64,000 nt of DNA from Leucoraja ocellata (GCA_036785375.1 JAWMAR010001015.1:310001-374000), one strand, 5' to 3'; positions 24,551-35,916 are shown, numbered from the stretch's first letter. Program-made: numbers and translations. Notes: generated by a model from the sequence alone, not told the origin.

Positions 24551-24853
24551 CTTTGTTATGGTTGGTCCGCGCTGACACTGGTGAGGATGATGAAGAATGT
24601 TGGGCGAAGCACACAAACTCCACCCCGCTGGTCCACTCCTCGACGCTGGTCCGGAGTTCACTGGTCACAGGGTTTTGGGTGCCTTCATGGCTCGGTGTAC
24701 GGGTCACAACTCCTTCACTTCTCTCCTTTCCTCCCACCTTCCAGGTGAGATGGACCTGGCTCGGATCACTACAGATCACTGAACACACCAGCGTAGCGGT
24801 CTTGTTGATCCAAATCTCTTTCATGCCAGGATTTTGAATGAAGACGGCCAATG
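24551..24853 (-). CDS. IgW: IgW CH3 exon
   Basis: 303-nt phase-1/phase-1 exon, ccacag acceptor and G|GTGGGC donor; LAVFIQNPGMKEIWINKTATLVC...LTW...EEWTSGVEFVC. Confidence 0.93.
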
Positions 24854-24909
24854 CTGTGGATCAGAAATGGAAAAGTTCAGAATTTTAGTTGAGACTCATC
24901 TGTTACTAA

Positions 24910-25241
24910 AGGGCCTGTCCCACTTACGCAACTTTTTCAGCGACTGCCGGCCACCGTCATAGGTCGTTGCAGGTTGCCCAAAATTGTCAACATGTTGAAA
25001 ATCCAGCGGCGACCAGAACAAGGTACGAACCATTGGGCGACTACGCATGACCATACAGGCTTCACCTATGTCGGCAGGGTGTCACCTGTATGGTCGTGAG
25101 TATTCTCCTCAGTTGCCCAAAGAGCCGTAGCACCGTTCTGGTCGTAGCTGAATTTTCAACGTTAACATTTTTCAGTGACCTGCTGCGACTATGACAGGTG
25201 CTGGCAATCGCAGAATAAATTGCGTAAGTGGCTCAGGCTCT
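24910..25241. mobile_element. PIF/Harbinger-type MITE
   Basis: TIR AGGGCCTGTCCCACTTACG, flanked by TAA / TTA; same family as 4582-4926. Confidence 0.78.
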
Positions 25242-27203
25242 TTATGGAAAGGCAGGGCAGAAATCCAAACAGGTGTCTCATAAAAGAACTTTAAGATGTT
25301 TATGTCATCACATAAAAGACTGATCAATGGCTGATCAAACTATACACTGGCTAGATTTATTGCAAACAGAATAGTAGAAAAACTCGTGTTAAATAGCAGG
25401 TTGAGTGTTTTGACTGAAAAAAACAGAACAAAGGATCCGTCAACTGGGATTTGACTCACTTTCCCATCACCATGATCAGCTGGTACATTACAGGGGCACA
25501 ATTTGATATGTGCTTTACTTGGAACTCCTGCTGCATCGATTAGTAATACTAAGCAACATGAATGAGAAAAGCAACTTTTTTCCCTGTAGGCCAAGCCTGG
25601 GATTCCCTCAGTTTAAGAATGTCACATGCTGATATCACAGCCTTACTCTGACCATGTGTCTCACCATCTCTGAAACCTTCACCACAAACACAACCTTCAT
25701 TCTTCCAACTCAGGGCACTCGTAAGCCTGCACTCCTTTCACCTTTGTACCACTTGCTGTGTCATGTTGCAGTGTTGCCCACAAACACCAAAACTCACTCA
25801 GCCATAGACTAGTGTCAGTTTAGTGTGACTGTGCTCCAGTGAAGACTTTGAGGCGTTTCAGTAATTGATAGAAATGATCAGAAATAAATTAGTGGCTGAC
25901 TCTCCAGCGACAGCAGAGCAAATCATAAATGGTTAGAAGTATCAAGGTCCCTCTCCTGCTGCAGATTGGGATGAAATTCTGCATTAGATGTATTTTCCCA
26001 TTTCACATCAGAATCATTGGGCGAGGAAGAGAATGATTTATTCATTCATTGCCCCTGACTGACCTGCACTGCCACTTGTCTTCTGAAGAGCATCATGAGT
26101 CTAATTGCACTCAGCTCACTCTTGTGTGTGCACTGTTTACACACTTAGTCACTTGGACCACATGAGCTGATTTTGCTCTCAAACACTTATTGTGGAGTGT
26201 GATTAGGTTTGTGTCAGAATTGAAACTTTCAATGAGCCTGGAGATCAAAGCCTTCAGCTGCGTAGAAAGCAGAGTCTGTCTGACAGGAGACATAACATTT
26301 GTCAATGTAAGATGTTGTCTATTTCACAACCCCTCCTTCTTTAAGCAAAATGGTGAGCAAATTCCTTTCAAAAATAGTTATGTGCATGGTATTAGTGTGG
26401 ATGACAATTGTTGCAGTGTCATCAGAAATTTATAAGTCTAGTTTAACAGTGTGCAATGTTTTTGCTCTGTGAATCTTGTTTTAATCAGCAATGTGATATT
26501 GTTAAACATGTGTGTTTGCAAGATGCTCAATCCCGTCCCATATCAGTGACAGTCGTGTAGTTCCACCATCGTGGTGTCGGGGGGAAACCGCCTCCTATGA
26601 AACCTGGCAGAGTATGGATACTCTCCATCCTGTCAAATGCTGGTATCTTCCACAAGAGACATTTTGTCTTGCTCAACCTTAGATGATTATAACCAAACAC
26701 GTCCATTCCTTGCAACATTCCTTGCATTCCCTGAGTTTCTCCTTTGGACTGAGGTCTGTGTCCGGGAGGTGGGTTAATAAATCTGTGGCAATTTGTGCTA
26801 ACTACGGTTTTCACCCAAAGCCAGTATAGGACAGGAGACCGGTTAGAGCCCTAGATCTTGCCTCACCAGTTTGCATTTATTATAGGGTCATCCTATTTTT
26901 TACTGAGCCACTTTGACATTTCACACCGTTTACCTTAAACATCTCCTGCCTTTCGATCTCTGGGTGGTCCTTGCTGACTAGAGCCTGAGCATGAATAAAT
27001 CTGGCCAGTGGCACTGGGATGTGAAGCAACAATGTCTGCAAATGAATGAATATACAGGCAACTAGTGGAAGGGAGAGGGAGACAGCTTGAATTGGGTATT
27101 TTCCCCACTCTGGTACACTTTGATCCCAGTAGATACCAGGGGTTGGATTTGAATCTTATAAATGGGTAGTAATAATAGAATGACAAATTCCATACGCAGC
27201 CAA

Positions 27204-27331
27204 CTACTTTATTTCACACTTTCCTGCCCAACAATGATACTGCTGGGTAGAACCATCTGAGAACGACACATTGAGATTAGTCTGGTAGATGAACTTCGGC
27301 AGACACTTCGAACAGCCGGGACATTTTCGAC
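27204..27331 (-). CDS. IgW: IgW short-form Cys-rich secretory tail exon
   Basis: Not in the ORF track. tttccag acceptor, phase 1; (G)RKCPGCSKCLPKFIYQTNLNVSFSDGSTQQYHCWAGKCEIK*, which I recognise from memory as the skate IgX short-form tail. AATAAA at 27213-27208 and 26881-26876. Confidence 0.92.
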
Positions 27332-27565
27332 CTGGAAATGGAAGATTAATTGATTTAAATGTTAAGAGATTTTTACCTCCCGTGTTGAGGAAAGAGGAGA
27401 TTCACATATTCCCAGTCTGTGTCCTCAGTATTTATCAGCATAAGATTATGCCGACCACGATAAACTGCTTCACTTTGTCCAGGATCAAACAACACTTTAA
27501 AGAGTGTGGAGATGAGTTCAAAAATAATCCAGGCACTGACATTTCAATGAAAGGGAAAGGGCAAT

Positions 27566-28079
27566 CTACAGGTGAGTTGGACAGTTTGGGTGAGTGGGCA
27601 GATGCATGGCAGATACAGTTTAATGTGGATAAATGTGAGGTAGCAAAAATAGGAAGGCAGATTACTATCCTAATTGGGTCAAATTGGGAAATGGGGAAGT
27701 ACAATGGGATCTCGGGGTCCTTGTTCATCAGTCAATGAAAATAAGCATGCAGATACTGCAGGGAGTGAAGAAAGCGAATGGCATGTTGGCCTTTTAACAA
27801 GAGGAGTTGAGTATAGGAGCAAAGAAGTCCTTCTGCAGTTGTACAGGGCCCTAGTAGAGACCACACCTGGAGTATTGTGTGCAGTTTTGGTCCCCTAATG
27901 CGTGGAAGGACATTCTTGCTATTGAGGGAGTGCAGCGTAGGTTCATCAGGTTAATTCCCTGATTGGCGGGACTGTCATGAGCTGAGAGAATGGAGCGGCT
28001 GGGCTTGTATACCCTGGAGTTTAGAAGGATGAGAGGATATCTTATTGAAACATATAAGATTATTAAGGGTTTGGACACT
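27566..28079 (+). mobile_element. CR1 fragment truncated at both ends, at the position expected for CH2
   Basis: CR1 RT C-terminal remnant ending abruptly at KIIKGLDTL with no 3' UTR or tail. Confidence 0.88.
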
Positions 28080-28126
28080 TTAGTTCTATCATCAGCTTTA
28101 AATGGACAACAAAATCTCACACTAAC

Positions 28127-28432
28127 CTTGAGGCTTCGGGAACGCCGTTATTATCATATTGTCCGGCTTGGATCCTGCCATGCAGTAGTAGGTTTTCCTG
28201 TTCCAATCTGCTACAGAGACTCGCAGCAAGCTGCTCATTGTGTACTTGTTGTTTTGTCCCAACACTGGTGGGTACTTTGTTATTCCATTGTTGATGACCC
28301 CACTGCTGGTGGACCATGTCTGACTGATGACCTCAGGCAGGTAGTCCTTGACCAGACAGAGGATGCTGATCTCTTGGCCAGATTCCGTGTTGCACGAAGA
28401 GGTGATGTGGACTGAAGGCAAAACCACATCCT
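28127..28432 (-). CDS. IgW: IgW CH1 exon
   Basis: 306-nt phase-1/phase-1 exon, tttcag acceptor and G|GTTAGT donor; EDVVLPSVHITSSCNTESGQEISILCLVKDYLPEVISQTW...DWNRKTYYC, matching skate IgX CH1 as I recall it. Confidence 0.95.
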
Positions 28433-29479
28433 CTGAAATGGAAATAAATTAACAGTTGGTCCTATAGTAAATGGATTATTACCAGCGCATGCAACAGGTT
28501 CATGCTGATTGCTGAGTGAATGCAGGTGATTCAGGCTGAGAGAAGGCCAGGCAGAGCAGACAAATAGTTCCTTTCCCAGTCCCTTTCACACCGTGCATGA
28601 CCAAGCAGTGAAATGCTGATCTCTCACTGGCGAAGCAACATCTGCCAACCAGAGGGACAAACCGGCCTGTGCTCTGGGTGATGTGTCCCAGGTCAGGAAC
28701 CACATGGTATGGTGCCAGATGGACCATATCTACAACCACCGGGCCAAATGGTGCTGGATCTGGCCTGTTGTGGAACTCCTTCAATGCTGGGCCTCGGGGA
28801 GTGTTGTACAACTAAGGGATCTTGGAGAACAGCTACACAGATCCCAGGAAGCGTTGTCACAGGTAAATAGGTTGGTAAACAAAGCTATTCATGAATCAGG
28901 GAATTGATATACAGTAACCCCTCGTTTTAATGGACCACTTTATAACAGATTTTGGATGTAGCGGACGGACCTGCCGACACCACCCTTGCACGCATGGTCC
29001 TTGGAGTCACCAACATACTGCACCTTGGAAGCAGCAGCTGGTGGGAGGAGAGGGTGCCCCATGGTGAGCATGCACCTTGTCAGTGGCCTGAAGAAAGCAC
29101 TGCCAGTCAGAAGCTACATTGTGAGCCACAACCACAGCCGTGTCACCGGACCGTGCGGTGGATGAAGAAGGACTCGCTGGTGCAGAGCAGAGACAATGGC
29201 GCCTGGTTTTAAGGTGAAATAACACAAAGTACTTCAGTAACCCAGCAGACTGAATCAGTCTGAAGAAGATTCCCCACCTCACCTATTGATGTCCTCCAGA
29301 GATGATCCCTGACCAGTTGAATTACTCCAGCACTTTGTGTCTTTTTGTGTATTAACCAGTATCTGCATTCTTTGTTTCAACTACATACACGGGTAATACC
29401 TTTCTTGTTTAAAGCTAACATTCGGCAATAATGGATACTATCCCCCCCACACCATGGTCCGTTATAATGAGGGTTTACT

Positions 29480-30060
29480 GTTCAGAAGTTGGATGTTATA
29501 CTAGAATGTTACAAGAAATCGGTGAGGCTGAATTTGGAATACAATGTTGAGTTTTCATCAAGCTACTCTCGGAAAGATATCATTAGGCTAGAAGAGTGCT
29601 GAGAAGATTCACAAGTATGTTGCCAGGACTCAAGGGCCTGAGCTGGAGGGAAAAGTAGGGCAGGCTCGGACTTTACTCCTTTATACCTCTAGAAGGCAGA
29701 AGAGTGATCCTATAAAGGTGTATAAAATCATGAAGGGAATAGATAGGGTGAATGCACAGTCTATTACACAGGATAGGGGAATCAAGATATAGGTGAAAAG
29801 ATGTGAGGAACAAGATTTAATGGGAATGTGTGGGGAACTTTCTCATACACAGGGTGGTGGATATATGGAACAGGCTGCCAGAGGAAACAGTTGAGGCAGG
29901 TACGATAACAGCATTTAAAAGACACTTGGACAGATACATGGATAGGAAAATTAGAGGACATGAGGTAAACATGGGCAAGTGGGACTAGCATACATGGAAC
30001 ATCAGGCTGCCTTGCACAAGCTGAGCTGAAAGGCCTGTTTCCATGCTGTATGACTCTATG
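29480..30060 (+). mobile_element. Degenerate CR1 3' fragment
   Basis: Decayed RRFTSMLPGL, VYKIMKGIDRV and WNRLPEETV segments. Confidence 0.7.
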
Positions 30061-30417
30061 TCTCTGAGTTATTAATGGGCTGGGAAATGCTTTGAGATGT
30101 CCTGGGGTTGTGGAAACCTTCAACAAAATAAAAAAACATCAAATAAAAGTGGAAATAGTGGTTGTCAGATACTGTACTGAAAGAGTTTGATGATAGAGCA
30201 CTGAAGTGAAAGGGTGATTCTGCTTCTCTCCCCACAGATGCTGCCTGAGCTGTCGAGTGTTTCGTGCAGGAGGATCAATGATGTCAGGCGGCGAGACTTG
30301 TAGCTCACAGTGTTTTCCATCCCGGGATCAGCAGGTGGTGAGTGCAGTTTAATTTGGATCAATGTTCCTAATGTGGTCAGGAGGTGGGTCAGAGACAGGA
30401 AAACACATCATACTAGC

Positions 30418-30648
30418 AGCTGGGGTGAGGAGCTGGGTGCTGGGGTGAGGAGCTGGGTGCTGGGGGGAGGAGCTGGGTGCTGGGGGGAGGAGCTGGGTGC
30501 TGGGGGGAGGAGCTGGGTGCTGGGGGGAGGAGCTGGGGGGAGGAGCTGGGTGCTGGGGGGAGGAGCTGGGTGCTGGGGGGAGGAGCTGGGTGCTGGGGGG
30601 AGGAGCTGGGTGCTGGGGGGAGGAGCTGGGTGCTGGGGGGAGGAGCTG
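30418..30648 (+). repeat. G-rich 20-bp tandem array (TGGGGGGAGGAGCTGGGTGC)n, about 11.5 units, in J-CH1 intron
   Basis: Read directly; 13 AGCT motifs; one shortened unit at about 30531-30543. Confidence 0.95.
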
Positions 30649-31544
30649 CAATAAACTTCCCGTCTGGGTTGCCATCCTGGGGGCATTTAGTGCCAATTGC
30701 GTTGCTGGGTCAGGGGTCAGAAATAGGCTCGACTGGGTAAGGACAATAGATCTCCTCCTCTGAGGGACAGCGGGGAAACTGAGAGGTCATCATTACTGTG
30801 GATTTGTGCACAAAATCCAGGTTACTAACAAAAGAAAATCTGACACTGGTCCAATCTGTCCCAGATTACGAACAAAGTTTAAATTCCACAGTTGTTACGG
30901 AATTAAACTGGGGTCTGATTGTAGCCTGATGCCCGTCCATTGGATCACTGTAACTGTGGTGTCTCGGACAACATTTTCCCCTCACCAGCGGTATGCCGAT
31001 TCTGCTGTGTGCAGAGTGGATCCACAGTCCCTCCTTTACAACACGGCTCTATTGTGAACATGCCTCACTGCCTGTGAAGCGCTCGGGAACACCATGAAAG
31101 GTGCTCTGTCAATCACTGAGATTCACTGAGACACCAGCAGCCCTGGTTAATGGAACAAAGCACGTGTTGGACAAACCCAGTCAGTCGGCTGGCGGAGGAG
31201 GGCAGCAAATTAGAGCCGTGCCTCCATCTGTGAACTGGGAAAAAGCAGCTCTTTTGTGCAGCAAAACCCACGTCAAAAACACCAAGCAACTTGACTCAGA
31301 ATCTAAACTATGCGCATCAGTGAATTCACAATGAAGAATAAAAGGTATTGACTTACTAAGGATCTCTAAATGTTGAAATTCAATACAAGACGCCACGAAA
31401 ACCAGGTGTACTAAACCCCACATCTACAGTAGAACCATGTACAACATTCTCTCATTACTTTCAAATCATTCATTATTGTGAACCTTTGTTTTTGAACCAG
31501 CATCAATGTGTTTTACAATCTAGGGAATGTTCTGTGTTCTGAAG

Positions 31545-31870
31545 CATTTACACAAGGAGTGTTTGACAGAGCAATGTAGAGGGAGCTCGACTCTCTGTCA
31601 AACACACTGTCCCTGCACTGGGAGAGAGTGTAGAGGGAACTTCACTCAGTGACTAACCCGTACCCTGGGTGTGTGTGGAGACAGGTTGGATGGAGCCTCA
31701 CTCCTTGTCTAACCTGTGCTGTCCCTTCCCTGGGAGTGTTGGGACAGGAAGATGGAACTTTGTATCTAATCTGTAGCTGACAGCACAGTGACACGGGGAG
31801 ATTTATTCTGCATTTGACTCATGCTCTGTCTGACCTGGATGTGTTTGATGGGATCGCTTTGCGGGAGCAG
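31545..31870 (+). repeat. Degenerate about 60-65 bp tandem/satellite-like repeat
   Basis: Recurring GGGAGTGTTTG...GTAGAGGGA(G/A)CT...ACTC...CTAAC...CTGTCCCT units. Confidence 0.6.
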
Positions 31871-31939
31871 GTACTGGAGTCATAGCGTCATAGATTAATA
31901 GTGTGGAAACAGGCAGATTAATCTCCAAAAGACTGGAGG

Positions 31940-33200
31940 GTGGCTGATACTGACGCGTAATTGAAGAAGGACATTAGGGCCAAGCCAGGGATCTACACCA
32001 GTGAGCCTGACGTCATTGGTGGGAATGTCCTTAGGGATAGGAACTACCCATATTTGGATAGACACGGACTGATTTGGGATAGTCCTAAATTTACAAGATC
32101 TAGATCATTTGGGAGGGTGGGCCAAGGATTAGGGACAGCATGGCTTGTGTTGGGGAAATTGTGCCTCATGGACCTGATAAGGTTCAATAAGGTCTGGCAT
32201 GGTGGGCTGGCGTGGAAGGTTAGATCTCATGAAACCCAACATGAACTAAATTAGCTTGGAGGAAGTGGACTACTGCAGGGGTCAGTGCAGAGACCACTGT
32301 TGTTGGTTATCTACATTAACAGTTTGCCATACAATATAGTGGACATTGATAGTAAGTTTGCAGATGACACCAAAATCAGAGCATGAGTGGACAGTGAGAG
32401 GGATAAGTTTACAATAAGATCAAGATCAGTTGGGAAAGTGAGCCAAGGAATGCCAAATGGAATTTAACTCTGACAAGTGAGGGAGTGTTGAACTGTGGTA
32501 GATCAAACCAGGGCTGGACTTACACAGTAAATGGTAGCGCCTGAAGAGTGTTGTAGAACAGACAGATGTGGAAATGCAGAGGCATGGTTCGCTGAGAGTG
32601 GCGAGTTAGGTGGACAGGGAGCTGAGGTGGCTTTTGGCAGACTGCCTTCGATGGGAAGGGTACTGCGTATAAAAGTTGGGACATGATGATGCAGCTGTAT
32701 AAGTCATTGGTGAGACCACGCTTGGAGTAAGTACTGTGTGTAGTTCTGCTCACCCAACTACAGGATGTCATTATATTGGAAAGGACTTGGAAAAGATTCA
32801 CCAAGATATTGTCTGGACATGTGAGGTTCTGTTTTAGGGAGAGGGAGGATAAGGTGGGTTTTTTCCCCTTTGGGGCAAAGGACACTGCGCAGTAACCTTA
32901 TTGAGGTGAACAAGATCATGAGGGGCATGGATAAGGTGCACGCTCACAGGCTTTGTCCCAGGATAGAGGTTTCTAAAACAAGAGGGCACAGGCGTAAGGT
33001 GAGTGGGGAGAGATTTAAAAGGGGACTTCAAGGGCATTTTTATTCACATTGGGTAGGCAGTATCTGGAATGAGTTGCCAGAGAAAACTATAAAAGCAGAT
33101 AGAATTACGAAAAATCCGGTATATGGATGAGAAGGGTATGTGGCCAATGGGCCGAGCCCAGAAAGCCAGCTTGGTCGGCATGCACAAGATGGACTGAAGG
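31940..33200 (+). mobile_element. Old degenerate CR1 LINE
   Basis: SKFADDTKI, LYKSLVRPRLE and TRGHRRKV remnants with many stops. Confidence 0.75.
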
Positions 33201-33420
33201 CAGATGATGGCGAGACTCAGGGAAAGAACAGCCTGTGGGGCAGTTCAACGTGGTGGGAAATGTACTGTTGCTGGGTAGATTCTAACTCTGGAGAAACCCG
33301 CCCGTGTCCGGGAAATCCGTTCCAAATATCACACCGAGTTCAGGTCAATTACAGAATTGGCAAAGACCATACATTAATAAAACACAACTGGGTAAAATGG
33401 AATTGAGGAATTGGTCTTAC

Positions 33421-33468
33421 CTGAAGTCACTGTCAGCGAGGTTCCTGCACCCCAGTAGTCAAGATAAT
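33421..33468 (-). CDS. IgW: IgW JH gene segment
   Basis: YLDYWGAGTSLTVTS with WGXG motif, followed by G|GTAAG donor at 33420. Confidence 0.95.
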
Positions 33469-33507
33469 CACACTGATTCATTTTCCCACTCAGTCAGTAC
33501 AATAACT
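33469..33507 (+). other. 23-RSS of JH
   Basis: CACACTG, 23-nt spacer, ACAATAACT. Confidence 0.92.
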
Positions 33508-33833
33508 CCACTCGCCCTCCACATCCAATAATCTCAGCAAAGTGTCAACGTGAACTCTGCCCGGACCAGGAGCAGCCGTTTCCTGCATTTCCATCCCAAT
33601 CTCCGTCCTTGTTCAACCTCTGGTGTGAATAAAAGAGGCATTTTTGCCGTCTGCTGCCACCGGCTCTGGCCGTCTCTCACAAACACAATCGCTTCCTTTC
33701 GGGCTTTTAACCGGCCAGAAATGGACATTTCTTCCCTGCAGTGCGAGCCAGGCTTCAGGGATTTGACTTTGGCAAGCAGCAATGCTCAATGGATGGAGAC
33801 AGACTGCGCTGCGGACGCTCATATGTCGGGGGC

Positions 33834-33899
33834 AGTTTTTGTTCAGCTCTCCACCGCCGTGGGCCAGTATACACGGTGATTCACCGCCGCTCACAAACT
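33834..33899 (-). other. IgW: D2 segment (33862-33871, TATACTGGCC) flanked by two 12-RSS
   Basis: 5' side CACGGTG-12-TCACAAACT (33872-33899); 3' side CACGGCG-12-ACAAAAACT (33861-33834). Confidence 0.87.
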
Positions 33900-34226
33900 G
33901 CGCTACCACATCCAGCCCGAAATCCAACACTGGCCAGAGTGGGCAACGGTTTAATTAAAGCCCCGTCCATGTGTGTCCATGTGTCCCACACAGCAGTGTC
34001 CAGTCTCGGCCATTGCAGCCCTGTAGTGGACAGGAGATAACCCACCGCGACTGTCACCGTGACTCGACCCACAGCGGCTCCTCGCTGTTTGTGTTCCCAC
34101 ATCTCCAGTGGAACTTGTTCCCTGTGCCAGATGATGCACTCTGGATCTGGTTTATATACACGGGTCCCGAGGAAAGGCGGCGGCGGCAGCGCCCAGAGAC
34201 GTGATTTAAAGCGTTTGGCTGCGGCA

Positions 34227-34305
34227 GGTTTTTGTATTGAGGAAGTCCCATCTCTCACACTGTGCCACCCATATAGTCACAGTGATTCACCGCCGTACAA
34301 TAACC
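34227..34305 (-). other. IgW: D1 segment (34265-34277, ACTATATGGGTGG) with 5' 12-RSS and 3' 22-RSS
   Basis: CACAGTG-12-ACAATAACC (34278-34305); CACAGTG-22-ACAAAAACC (34264-34227). Confidence 0.93.
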
Positions 34306-34513
34306 CACATCCTCTCTCACTGTCTCCGAGCCCAGTTACTCCGCACGTCCGACTGTCAACTTGGAGCCCAAGGTCTCTCTCTGTTCATCGATGTTCCTTC
34401 TCGCCCAACCATTGACCGTGTGTCAGAGACGGACACCGGTTCTGATCGACCCGTGACTCCAGATCCACCCACGGCGCTTGGCTCCGAGCTGACGGCAGGT
34501 TCTCTCTCCCCTG

Positions 34514-34552
34514 GGTTGTTGTACCGGCCCGGCCCCGCTTCCTCTCACTGTG
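34514..34552 (-). other. 23-RSS of VH
   Basis: CACAGTG, 23-nt spacer, ACAACAACC. Confidence 0.93.
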
Positions 34553-34850
34553 TCTCTCGCACAGTAATAGGTGGCCGTGTCGGCCAGACTCAGGCGGGTC
34601 ATTTGGAGATAGACATTGCTGTTGTCCTTGGAAACCTCGAATCGGCCGCTGAAGGCAGGCGCGTATAGTTTGTTACCATTATTCTGCATCACCGCCACCC
34701 ACTCCAGCCCTTTCCCGGGGACTTGTTTCACCCAGCTCACGTGGTAGCTGCTGAGGCTGAACCCGCTGGTTACACAGGTCAGTTTGAGGGACTCTCCGGG
34801 CTTTGCCGCCTCGGTCGGTTTCTGATTCAGCACGACCGCGGATCGAACGC
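34553..34850 (-). CDS. IgW: IgW VH exon (germline, unrearranged)
   Basis: ttgacag acceptor; VVLNQ...[32 protein letters not shown]...DTATYYCAR, open frame, abuts RSS. Confidence 0.97.
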
Positions 34851-34980
34851 CTGTCAATAAAAGAGAAACAAAGTTGAATAAACAGTTGAAGAGGCAGAGG
34901 GTCAAAGAGTGTCCGAGAAGCAGCCCGGCCCCGAGTGGGGGTGACGCCCGCCCGCCCGCCCGCCGCGGGGGGGCACCCAC

Positions 34981-35026
34981 CTGGCAGACAGGACAGAAGG
35001 AGACAGAGATAAGCAGCGACCCCCAT
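34981..35026 (-). CDS. IgW: IgW leader exon
   Basis: 46-nt ATG exon [15 protein letters not shown](G), phase-1 donor G|GTGGGT, 130-nt intron to V exon. Confidence 0.93.
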
Positions 35027-35115
35027 CACTCTGAGCACTGACACACACTTGGACACTCCAGGAATGGGCGGCTTCAGCTCAAGGCCGGCTTTGTCGGGAG
35101 CAGCAGTCAGCGCTG

Positions 35116-35123
35116 TTTAAATA
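35116..35123 (-). promoter_or_regulatory. TATA-like box of VH promoter
   Basis: TATTTAAA 90 nt upstream of the leader ATG; no perfect ATGCAAAT octamer seen nearby. Confidence 0.55.
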
Positions 35124-35916
35124 GGAAAGTGAGCTGTGAGTGAGAGACAGAGAGAGAGGTAGCCGCGGTTTCCCCACCCACTGAAACCAGAGGCGCGGCT
35201 TCCTGTCCCTGCCCCCAGCACCCAGTTCAATTCCCCAAAAGGTGTTTGTCTCCACAACAGGTGGAGGGGCAATGATGAGATCCGGATTAAAGATTGATCC
35301 CACTCTGCTCCATCCACTCATTACAATGATGAACACTTTGTGGAGCAAGAGGTCACTCAGATCCCCAGTGAGGGGCTGAGTTAAAAGTCGGTGTACAGAT
35401 ATCCCCCTGAGAGAGAGGGACATCTGTCAATGTAGATATCCCCTGCCTTGGGAGAGAGGGGCTAAATTTCACCGGTCAGTGTACAGATATCGTGGTGAGA
35501 GAGAGGGACTGAGAGAGACCAGTTAGTGTACAGATATCGTGGTGAGAGAGAGGGACTGAGAGAGACCAGTTAGTGCAGATATCCACATCAATGAGAGGAC
35601 TGAGAGACACCAGTCAGTTTGAGTTGAGTTTATTGTCACATGTACCGAGGTACAGTGAAAAGCTTTAGTTGCATGTTAACCAGACAACAGACGGACAATA
35701 CATGATTACATTTGAGCACAGTGAGCAGAAACATGATGAAGGGAATAACATGAATAAAGTTCAGTGCAAGATAAAACCAGTAAATTCTGATCAAAGATAG
35801 TGCGAGGATCTCCAATGAGGTAGATAGAGCACAGAAGTCAAGCTACAACAGCCAGTCGTGATGCTATGAATGAAGTCCATCTACGCCTATATCGGTGACA
35901 ATCTACAACAATGTAT

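Noticed and set aside
26062-26305. Possible CH2 remnant or exon between tail and CH3
   Set aside because: No Cys/Trp Ig-fold pattern in the frames read; phase-1 frames after the candidate acceptors hit stops.
30310-30763. Gly/Pro-rich ORFs in several frames
   Set aside because: Artefacts of the 20-bp tandem repeat.
33950-34100. Additional D segments at CACAGC-like motifs
   Set aside because: No paired heptamer-spacer-nonamer; only two D segments are supported.
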